From assembly GCF_963921235.1 (NCBI RefSeq), contig NC_086097.1, positions 137,456,001-137,520,000 of the forward strand: 64,000 nt of DNA, written 5' to 3'. The position numbers were made by a program, and so were the translations under genes. Positions 27,901 through 39,900 of this stretch are shown here, piece by piece. The notes beneath the pieces were generated by a model that did no database searches, was not told the origin of the DNA, and saw nothing but the letters and a program-made list of their open reading frames with translations. Numbering within the stretch: position 1 is the stretch's first letter; every line of letters starts with the position of its first letter. Origin of the DNA: Mobula hypostoma (lineage: Eukaryota).

Positions 27901-30900
27901 CTCAGGTTTTTAAGCTACAGTTTATAAACCTCTTGCCCATCATGCTAATTCCCCTTCAAGCATTATTCAACCACCTCTACAGTTCCAGGTTAGCTGTCTT
28001 TACTAATATTCTATGCAGTCTCTTGTTCACCTCAAGCTACTTAAAGTAATTAAAATAACTTGTCATGATCTCTCTACTGTGGCCAATTGAAGAGAGTGCG
28101 ATGTAAAATAACTGATCCAAACTGATACCCTAGCTCCCACAGATCACAGTAAAACTGCTCGATACAAGGCCTTTAATTTAGTAAAAATATCAAGGCATTT
28201 CAAATTGGGTGTCAAACTTTGATTGACATGAGATATTACAAGCTAACCAAATCCTGAGTTGCACTCTATCCATTATTATCATTACTGTACTTAGTCCAGT
28301 CTCTTTAAATTCATCTGATTGCTCCTTCCGTGATTTATATAAAAGTGTCATCTACATTGTTTTTTTTTTCATTTTGTCATTCACAGATCCAGTAATGATT
28401 TGCCTCCTCCTGTAATTTGTGATCAAGTTTATCTTCAACAATTATTTTCATTTTCACAAATATTTCAATATGCTGTAACTGGTACCACAGTGAGCTGACT
28501 GGCTCAGAGTCACACCGATTGCTTATCACTTCTCCAATATTTTTAAGAATACTTTTCTCTCCCCAACCCAAAAGTATAATGGACAAGTGAGCAAACTAAA
28601 ATAGGTAAAAAGGGAGATAAAAGTGAAATGCCTTCCCAGCGTCTTGTCACCTTCACATTAGCTGTCATTCTGAGAAACAGATGTCAAGAGGAATAACTGG
28701 TGCCTGAACCAACTTTTTGAAAGAAATACCAAATAACCTAACTGCTGTAGGCCTGCAAAGTTCTTTTTTCCTTCATGTGTAATTGAAAATGTGTTTCTGT
28801 AATCCATTCAAACAGCATGGAAAAGATTAACTTGCTAAAACAAAATGTCACATCTTGTCAGTTCTTTCTTTAAACCACTTTAAATAGAATTGACCAGTTC
28901 AATTAATGAGAAAGCTTTCGATAAAAAGTTCAAGGAAACTACAAGTGACGCAAATTGGCCATTGAAATGAGTGTGACTTACCCCAAGAAGTTAACCATTC
29001 AGCAGCATACTTGTAGATGCGATTCATGATTTCAATCACTACAGCATAAATTATACTAGGACAGTACAACAAGATGGAGCTAAAGAATGATTGGGCCTCT
29101 TTATCATAAGCTATTACAAAATCCTCCATCTGAAAGTAGACCATCATAACAAGAAGGCAGAAGTAAAGGCTCACACAGACAAAGGGCATAGAAATAAGGT
29201 AGATGCGCAACTGCCTCTTGTAAGTAGGGTACGTGGGCTCTTCTCTGCCAGTTGCTGGGTTAAGTCCCAATATTCCATGAAAACCAGGCCGAGGCTCTTC
29301 AAACTGTCTCTTCATCAACAGTGTCCCCCATTGGTAGGAAAGTTTAGCACACCAACGTTTCCAAACTTCCAGGACGATGGTTGACCACAGGAGGTTAAAG
29401 GTGGCAAACACTATATACTTATCATAATCTTCCCAAGCAAAGAAATAGTAAGGCACACCAATTATAGCCATGGGAAATAAAGCAATGGTGAAATACTCCA
29501 GAAAAGCAAAATAGAGTGCAATATTCTGTCCAAAATATTTCTTGATTTCATCTACAATGAAGAAAGAAATGGAACACAGTTAATACTGCTTAAACTGCTA
29601 ATTATTTCCAGCAGTTGCTATTTTTATTTCAGATTTCCAGCCTCTGCATTTTTCAAAGATAAAGAATGGCCTAACATTAAAACCAGAGGCAATTGTGATC
29701 AAACTCAAAGATTGATTTAAAAATCAGTGAATAAAATCCAGGTTCAGGTGCACAGTACAAGCAAATGGGCAAATTTCCAAACTATTTATTTCTCTTGTAT
29801 TGCACAAATCAGAATGCAGTAAAAGATAAACAATTTACAGTGACAATGTGAAATCTCACTAACTGCACAGTATCCTACAGTTTTCAACTGACATTATGAG
29901 AGTTGAATTAGAACTATACAGCACAGAAACGGACGCTCCAGCCCATCAAACACTTATTTACACTCATACCATTTTATTCTACTATTCACCTGGGGCAGTC
30001 TACAGTAGCTAATTAATCCACTGACTTGCGCATCTTTAGAATGTGAGAGGAAATCGAAACACCAAGTGGAAACCCATGTGGTCACAGGGGGAACATGCAA
30101 ACTCCACACAGAAGGCACCAGGAGCTTGTGACTGAATATGGGTCTCTGAGGCTGCGAGATAGCAGAGTGACCACCTGCATCCTGTGGCACCCACATTTAT
30201 TCCAGCTTTTCGGGAAATGCAATACAGTGCAAAGTATGGAAGGTGTGCACGGTAGCACAAATAGTATCACAACGTCTGATTTTGAAGATTATTTCAGAAG
30301 ATTTGGCTTCAACAGCAGCTACCAAACTAATGTTATAATGTACCTAAAAGGACAAGGGTAGAGGGCACATTTCAACACCTGTACCTATAGGTTCTGCTTC
30401 ACATCACAAATCATACTCCTGATCTTTCATTCTCACTTAGACTAAATCCTGGAATTTCTGACCGAACAGCACAATGAAAGAACCTTCAGGGGAGAGATTA
30501 TAACAAGTCAAGATGGCAGCTCACCACAATCTTCTTAAAGGCAGTTAGGGACAGGAGATTAATACTGGCTTTCCCATAGTCATCTACAATGTTGTTACCT
30601 ATGGGATATGAGCTATGTTGATGTGTAATCTTGCATTGTGCAATTAGCAAGTTTACGTCCCCTACAATCAAATATAGGCAATTCAGTAAGTAATTTTAAT
30701 GAGTAGCTTAAATTCAGGAAGAGTTACACAGGCTAGGGACCAATTCTCTCAGAGGCAACCTTATTGAGATCATCAAGCTTTGAAGAGGTTTGATGTTATA
30801 GAAAGAGTTCTTTCCACAAGATCAAAACTAAGGTGGAACATCAGAATCAGATTTAGTATCACTGATGCATCTCACGAAATTTGTTTTGCTGCAGCAGTAC

Positions 30901-33900
30901 AGTGCAAGACACAAAAATTACCATAAGTCACAATAAATAGTGCAAAAGAGGAATAATGAGGTAGTGTTATATGATGCTCAGTGTTAAACACAAAATAAAC
31001 ACCAAAGCAGATAGAAAATAATTTAATTCTTGGAAGCCAGCATCACCATCATTCAAATATTCCTTGCTCTTCCCAACCTACCACAGATCACTCATTTTTC
31101 CAACATTTTCCAATTTATAAATGTGTTTCATTTCTAAAAGGTTAAAAGCCTAAAATGACATTCCCTTCTCTCTTCACTGATGCTGCCCAAACTGCTGGGC
31201 ATTTCCGGACGTTTTCAGGATTCGCTAAAGGGTGGTGAAAATGTGCAACTTGTGAGCACAGAATAATTAACACACTGTGGTAACAGACTTGACATTTTTA
31301 TAGATGCTTTCAAAGAGAAGCTGGAAATGGAAAGAAATAAATAGAAAGATGTAATTAGAATGATGCTTGTATGCAGCGTGATGAGTTTACATTCTACTTT
31401 GGGCTACATTAGGAAGCCAACTTCAAAGTAAATTTGCTTACCAGGGAACAAACACTTCTTTTTCACTGCCCACCATGTAGCTCTTCAAATCACTGCCAAC
31501 TTCTGAAATGATCTTTCAAAATGATCCAGACAAGAGAATATATTGAATTGATGATGCAACGAACATAGAGAAAGATATGCAGATATTGTATTTATTAATA
31601 AAGTACATGTTTGAAATAAAAGATGACAAGTTTGACCCATTCTCTGCTTCTGAGGGTGCTGAAAATCTGATTCAGAAAAAACAGGCTGTGTGGCAAGAAC
31701 TAGCTGGAGTGGATAGCCAAGCTGAAACAGAAGTGAGGAATGTGGAAGGAACACCCCATCTTAATGGCAGGAGAGCATCTGGTCTGCATGTGTGAAGTGC
31801 ATTCAGTTCTGCTGTATGTAACATTGTGTCTCATATCACACTCCTGTCTACAGCAATCACCCAAGCCATCTTCCATTTCATCTGCAACTCCAGATTGGAT
31901 CACCCACAAACGGTCACAGTGAACAGGTTTCCTGAGAATAGGGGTTAAAACACACCCACAACCCTCATCCTGATGGCCATCTCTGCAAGTGAACAACATT
32001 CTAAGAAGTGAATGAGAGCGTCCAAACATTAGTTACCAGACGTGCACACTATTTTACCCGACTACAGGGATAATTTCACAACCATAAACTGTACTCCATT
32101 GCTATTTTCTGTTCTTAAACACTCTACATTCCTTTGCAGCCTCTGCGTAAGCCTCACGATTACTTTAAAAAAAAACTTTAAGTACTTTATTTCCATTGGT
32201 ATGACAGCTCTGCAGTTCCTCATGAAGATGGCTAAACCAATGTGACATGTCACCCTGCCAAGTTCAAACGATAGGCATCAAAATAACATGAGCCAGGAGT
32301 TCATATTTCCTAATTATATTTAAAATCTGACTCTCCCGGGCAGAGACACAAACATTTGTCTGCTCACATTCCCCATGAACAAATGGAAGGAAGCTTTAAA
32401 ATTAAAGCACATTGTTTATTCAGTGACATGACAGAATCGTTATAAGAGAAACAAATGTGCCTTGCAAGCTTATTTGTAAAGCAATCATATCTGAACAAAG
32501 AAAATATCAGGGTCTGCAAAAATTATGAAGAGCAATTCACAGTGTGACTGACCTATTAACAGTAATGAGCAAGGTTGTATCCCTATTGACCCATTGCCCC
32601 CACTTATCCTCTGCACTAATCACAGGATTGGCAATGCAGCAAATCTGAGGCAAGACCTCAAAAGTTTATAAAATTATGAGAAGCATACATAGGGTGAAAA
32701 TTCAAATACTTGAGGACATGCATTTAAAGTGAGATGGGAAAGGAGATGAGTGGAGCAAGATTGTTTTTTACCTGAGAGAGTTGTGGGGGCCTGGAATGCG
32801 CTGTTGGTGGGGGGGGCGGGGGGAGGCGACGAGGTGCAAACAAACACGATAGTGATGTTTAAGAGGCTTTTAGACAGACACGTGGGGGAAGGAGGGATAC
32901 AGATCATGTAAAGGCAGAAGATATTAGATTAATTTGGCATCATGTTCAGAACAAACATCATAAGCCAAAGGCCCTGTTGCTGTGTTATACTATTTTATGT
33001 ATTGCTTCCAATCTGCAGCCTTTGTGATCTGGAGTAGGTCACAAGTATCAAAAAGACCTCAAGCAACACAATTCACACTGACAATTCCCTCCCCAAGGCA
33101 AATCCCCTCCCTAAACCAAAATCTATTAAAATAATCCAAAATAAATACACTTTAAATAAGAAATGCTTTAATACTTTAATAAAGATCATTTTTTAAAAAT
33201 ATACGTTTACTTTTCCTTTAACCTGACTACAGAATATAATCAACTTTTTGGATTACATCACCAGGACTATGTTCAGTACTTAATCTTTATTTCAAAAAGG
33301 TGAAAATACCTTTAGCATTTACTATTGTCAAATTAGCAAGAACTATACGGACATTAGTGGAGTTCATAAAACCCTCTTCATTTTTTCTGATCTGAGGAAA
33401 ATGGATTTATATTCACCACCCTGAGTTCTTCAACAATGTCCTTTCTTTTTAGTGAATTCACAAGAAATATTCATTTAAAGACCTACATCCTGGGGCTTAC
33501 ACACAGTCAATTTCCTGGTCCCTAATGATCCTACACTTTCCCTGAATAATCTCTTTCCCAGAACATACTTATCAAGTACTTTGTGATTTTACTTCATTGT
33601 GACCAGCAATGATATATTGTAGCCTTCTGTACACTGTACGTACATACATAACATTAAAACTAGCCTTCTCAATTTTCAGAACATAAATTTATTGCTCATC
33701 TTTCCTTTTTCATGACCAACTTGATAGATATAGACATTATCTGAATGCTCTCCCACTGTCAGTTCAATCACTTGACACAAGAGGTACTGTAGATGCTGGA
33801 AATCTAGAGCAATACACACAAAGTGCTAAAGGAGCTCAGCAGGTCAGGCAGCATCAACAGGTGGGAATAAACAGTCGATGTTTCAGGCAGAGACAACTTC

Positions 33901-36900
33901 ATGAATCCTGAAAGGGTTTCAGCCCGAAACATGGACTGTTTATTCCCAGCCATAGATGCTGCCTGACCTGCTGAGCTCTTCCAGTGCATTGTGTGTATTA
34001 TAGTCAGCACTTGCTACCTTTCCTTGCACTTCAATTTTAAGCAAATTGCCATTTGCTTTATAATGAGGTTAGTGAATCTGTATCCCCTATGCTCTATTCC
34101 ACCTGACACTTCTTTGTCCATTCTCCCAATCTCTCCAAGTCCTTCTGCAGACTTCCTGCTTCCTCAATACTACCTGTCCCTCCACCTACCTCTGCATCAT
34201 CCACGAACTTGGTCACAAAGCAAACAATTCTGTTATCCAGATCACTGACATAGAAGGTGAAAAGTAGAGGACCCAACACCGGCCCTTGGGGAACACCACT
34301 AGTCACCAGCAACCAACCAAAAAGGCTTCCTTTATTCCCACTCGTTGCCCTCTGCCAATCAGCCAAAATTCTCTCCATGTTAGTATCTTCCCTGTAATAC
34401 CATGGGTTCTTATCTTGTTTATCAGCTTCATGTGCGGCACCTTGTCAAAAGCCTTCTAAAAATCCAAGCAAGGTCTTTCAGAACCCTGGTGTGTCGTCCA
34501 TCCAGTCCATTTGACTTATCCACCTTCAGACCGTTCAGCTTCCCAAGCAGCTCCTTCCTAGTAATAGTATTTACACTCACTTCTGCTGCTCCAACTCTTA
34601 CGCAAGCTGAATGCTGCTGGTAAACACATGGAATGATGGAGAGGCCACTTCTAGTTGAGAATCTTTCATTGATCAACTCCAGGTAGTTAACCCAGGGGAA
34701 TAAACAGTGATCCCAATTATATACAACAAGGAGGAATGAAGACATGCAAGGACAGCCTCATGGTGATTGTTAGGGCATTATCACACACAGGACATCTTTC
34801 GGTGATTATGGAATAGGGACAGCAGGAACCAAGAACCAACCAGTCTTCAATAATAAAACTTAATGAAATACGAGGGGTGATTGATACGTTTGTGGCCTAA
34901 GGTAGGAGTCAATTTTAGAAAACCTAGTACATTTATTTTTCCTACATTTACACACTTAGTCCAGCGGTCGTGGAGCATATGGATCCCTTCTTTGTAGAAG
35001 TCGGCGTCTTGGACCTCCAGAAGTGGTCCACAGCAGCGGTGATTGTTAAGTTCGTGGCCTAAGGTACAAGGAGATGAGTTATTAACTTCAAACTTTCTGC
35101 ACAATCACTCAAAGAGTTGACACGTGCATGTAACGAGAGCTGTATAACTCATCTCCTTCTACCTTAGCTCATGAACTTATCAATCACCCCTGCTGTGGAC
35201 CACTTCTACAAAGAAGGGATCTGTATGCTCCATGACCACTGGACTAAGGGTGTAAATGTAGGAGGGGACTATGTTGTGTGACGACAAACCAAGTTATCAG
35301 AAGATTGATGCTAATGAGAAAGAGATAAGGGAGACAATGGAGGAACGTTCAAAATGTTAATGAGAGAGTAGAGAGAGATAACGGAAAAGAAACACAGTTC
35401 AGAATATTGACAGACCGGTTGCTTTGAACCTGAACTGTTTAAAGTTTAATGGACAGGCGATACCCCAGCAGGGGGATAAAAAGAACAGGTTCGCTAAGGC
35501 ACGACACCCCACAAGATCACGAGATAATGAGACCCTGGAAGAGCGGTGTGCCCCCACAAGTTGGTAGGAGTTGGAGGTTTGGTTCGCGGGAACCGACCAT
35601 AGACGCACAGGGTGAAAAGGGTACGATCGGTGGGAACCTGGTGTGTGTGTCCGCCCCTGCCTGAGTGCCGGGTTCACCGCAGAAGAAAGGTCGTATCTGG
35701 AACAGAGGGGTCACAGTCGGTGACCACAGAAGACATAAAAAGGTCCGCCCGAAACCACCTGTGAACTTCAAAGGTCTGCTGAATCCAATTTGCATTTCTC
35801 TCTCTCTCTCTCCCCAACGGCACAACAGCGATTACTGCGAACTGTACGAAGCTGAACTGAACTCTGCGTCACTTGAGACTGATCATTTTACCCCTAGACT
35901 GCGATAGAGCTTGGTTGATTCCTATTACCCTAGTTCTGTGTACATGTGTTTTATCATTGCTAACCTGTTGCATTTATATCCTTACCATTAGAGTACTGTG
36001 TTATTTATTTCTTTAATAAAACTTTATTAGCTTCCAGTAATCCAGACTCCAACTAGTGGTCCATTTCTGCTGGTTTAGCAACCCAGTTACGGGGTACGTA
36101 ACAGTTGAAAAATAAATATGCTAGGTTTTCTAAAATTGACTCCTTCTACCTTAGGCCACCAACTTATCAGTCACCCCTCGTACAAAGTGTCAACTAGTTT
36201 TGAAACAAATCAACAGGGTGCAGGTTGCTGGCCCACAATTAGATCAATTGAGTGGTATCATAACAACTTCATAATGAACGTGGGCAAGACCAAGGAATTG
36301 ATAATAGACTTCAGAAAGGGGGAGTTGGGAGAACACATACCAATCCTCACTGAGGGATTGGAAGCTCCAAGTTCCTGGGTGTCAACGTCTTTGCAAGATT
36401 TATCTTGGGCTCATTACATTGATGCAAACACCAGTGGCTTTACTTCATTAGGAGCTTCAAAAGATTTGGTACGTTACCAAAGACTCGTACAAATATTGCT
36501 AGATATACGGTGGAGAGATTTCTGACTAGTTGCGTCACTACCTGGTACCAAGGCTTCAATGCACAGGATCGAAAGAGGCTGCAGAGGATCGTAAACTCAG
36601 CCAGTACCACCACAGGCGCAACCTCTTCCTTGAGTACATCTTCAAGAGATGGTGCTACAAGAAGGTGGGATTCATCATCAAGGACCCTCCAGGACATTCC
36701 CCCCTTCTCAATTACTACCATCGGGGAGCTGGTACAGGAGCCCAAGACCCAAATTCAACATTTTTGGAAGAGCTTCTTCCCCTCCACTATCAGATTCCTG
36801 AATGGTCCATGAACAGCATCTCATTATTCCTCTTTAGCATTATTTATTTTTGTAATTTAAGAGTAATTTTTATGTTTTACACGGTATGGCTGCGGCAAAA

Positions 36901-39900
36901 CAACAATTCTCTCAACATACAGCAGTGATAATAAACCCGATTCTGATTTAGTCACAGTCTCTATAGTGATAACAGCAAAGGCTGTTGACTGCTTTGAATA
37001 CTGTAGCAATAGTTGCAGTATATTACGATGCCATGTGTTTTGAAATGAATGGCAAAAAAATACCATAGTTGAAATGGATTCATGTGATGCAAACTGATCT
37101 CAGAGGCTAGGAAGAGGAGATTCATATTTACACAGATTGATCTTGATTAGTAGCTCCATAAGATGGTTAGATAAATATTTAGAGGAGGAAATTTTAAGGG
37201 AAAAGAGGATTAATACAAATCAGATAAAACTTTCAAGAAGCCAGCAATGCAGCAAATGATTTTGTGGGCCACAATAAACAGAGGTCACAACCACAATTAC
37301 TGCAATCTCCTAGTAAAACAGATCATTTCCTAAAGAAAAATGTCACAAATTGAGTAAAATTATGTGCGTCAACAATGCAGTACTACTAAGGTGGATGCAC
37401 AGAATCGGACAGCACTTGAAATCTGATGAAGAATCAGTCCTGATTACTTATAGCACAGCAGTTTCAAGAACTAACGTGATCTTTATTCTGACAGGAAAAT
37501 GTGGTTCTGTTCTATGCACATTACGAAAAAGACTGCCCATTAGCAGACCACAATAGTTCCTGGCCAGAAATCTGGGGTAACAAATCAGCTGTTACAACAT
37601 ATTGTGAAAATGGACTGTCTGACCTAAGGAACAAATACTCATCTGGCTGTACCACTGATACCATCAGGCTGAGTACTTATTACAAAATGCAATATGGCTT
37701 TAATCATTTATCAGATTTATCGACTTACTGATTGGCTGCAAGGCAACGTGTACGCGTTTATACCAGATGGAGCCCAGCCTTTTCAATTCTTCCTTGTTAT
37801 GTAGTGGATAGATGTTAAGTAGTAGTCCACTGGTTTGTAACCGGCGAACTGGATAAAACAGAAGTTGTTCTTAATGCATAATCAATTCCTTTGCAAATTT
37901 TCATCGTACAAGACTCAATGTGCAAAAATTATGCAAATACATAAACCTTGGATGAGGGAAAAATAATCCAGACCTCCACTGATCTGCAGGGCATTTCACA
38001 GCTAACATACTTTTGAAGTGTACTCATTTTGTTTTGTAGGAAATACACCATAGCAGCTAATTTGTGCAAAGTTCTAGCTGCTTGATAGTGATTAGTGTTT
38101 TTTTAAAGAAAACTACTGTAAGAGTGAAAAAAAACATTGAGCAGGACACCTAATTGAGGCGAGTCCTCAAAATAGTGTCATGTAAATGTTTATGTCCACT
38201 ACTGAGAGCAGACAGTGTGTGTACTTAAAGCTGAACCTTTTGAAATTACAACTGTCTCTAAACCTCCAATCTTAACTATTGTATCAAATCTCTAGAATAG
38301 GGTTTGAACACACACCCACTGAGCTCTGACTGCAAAGTAAACAAACTGTTTGACTACCACCATACCCTTATCTGAAGTTATTACTTACCTTTGCTCTAAG
38401 GAACTCTGCTTATAATAGACTGACTAATCTTCAAGCAGTAAAATTGGAGCTCATACAGTGCCTGGAAATATATCAGTAAGTTTGCAGGAACTGAACTTAG
38501 CGAACTTATCAAGAGCAAACAGCAGCAAAGCTTTTGTTTTTTTCACAGAACAGGTGAGTTGTGTGATTTGTCACTTTGTTGGTTGGATGCCAACAAACTG
38601 CTCTTCAGGAACCACTGCTTTATGTCATCTCCAAACGTCATTCATTGGTAATTCCTCAGAAATGGTGCTGGCGAGACATGATAACATTTTGCAGCAGGAA
38701 ACAAAACTACCAACTATTCTAATAATAGTTTTTCTGGACTATGATCACTGCTACCACAGCCTTCAATTTCTCTTTGGAAGTTGTGCTTTTGAATCTTCTG
38801 TATTGTCCTGCACTTTTGCAGTGCCCTGAAGGACTCAGTGAACTGGAATCTAGAGGATGCAGGTATGGCTGCGGCAACCATTGCTGGAGCGCACTTGGGG
38901 CTAGATTAAAACTTCAGGCTTGATCAAAGCTGTGGGGCCCATGCCTGGGAGTGGCAAACGAACCAATGTTTAGCTGATTTAAGCATCAAACCAGATTAAG
39001 AAGATTAAGGTGTCGAGGCAGAAAGCAAAGGATGAACGGGTGTTCAGCTCACTACTCTGAGAGGCTTTAATTGCCCCGGCACTGAACTAGCTCCGTGACT
39101 GTGACCTGCAGTCACTGGGCTCCTGGACCGGCTACAGCACTGAACTGGCTCCGTGACTGTGACCTGCAGCCACTGGGCTCCTGGACCGGCTACAGCACTG
39201 AACTGGCTCCGTGACTGTGACCTGCAGCCACTGGGCTCCTGGACCGGCTACGGCACTGAACTGGCTCCGTGACTGTGACCTGCAGCCACTGGGCTCCTGG
39301 ACCGGCTACAGCACTGAACTGGCTCCGTGACTGTGACCTGCAGCCACTGGGCTCCTGGACCGGCTACAGCACTGAACTGGCTCCGTGACTGTGACCTGCA
39401 GCCACTGGGCTCCTGGACCAGCTACGGCACTGAACTGGCTCCGTGACTGTGACCTGCAGCCATCGGGCTCCTGGACCAGCTACGGCACTGAACTGGCTCC
39501 GTGACTGTGACCTGCAGCCATCGGGCTCCTGGACCGGCTACGGCACTGAACTGGCTCCGTGACTGTGACCTGCAGCCACTGGGCTCCTGGACCGGCTACG
39601 GCACTGAACTGGCTCCGTGACTGTGACCTGCAGCCACTGGGCTCCTGGACCGGCTACGGCACTGAACTGGCTCCGTGACTGTGACCTGCAGCCATCGGGC
39701 TCCTGGACCAGCTACAGCACTGAACTGGTTCCGTGACTGTGACCTGCAGCCATTCATGTTATTTGTTTACATTTTTATTGTTTGCACAATTTTTTCTTTT
39801 TTTTTGTATGCTGGGTGTTTGATGGCCTTTGTTCTGTGGGGTTCTTTTTCCAGTGGGTTCTATTGGGTTTCCTTGTTCTGTGGCTGCCTGTAAGAAGATG

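Noticed and set aside
39079..39752. CRISPR-like array
   Set aside because: The units are head-to-tail with no unique spacers, there are no cas genes, and the context is a vertebrate intron. It is a minisatellite.
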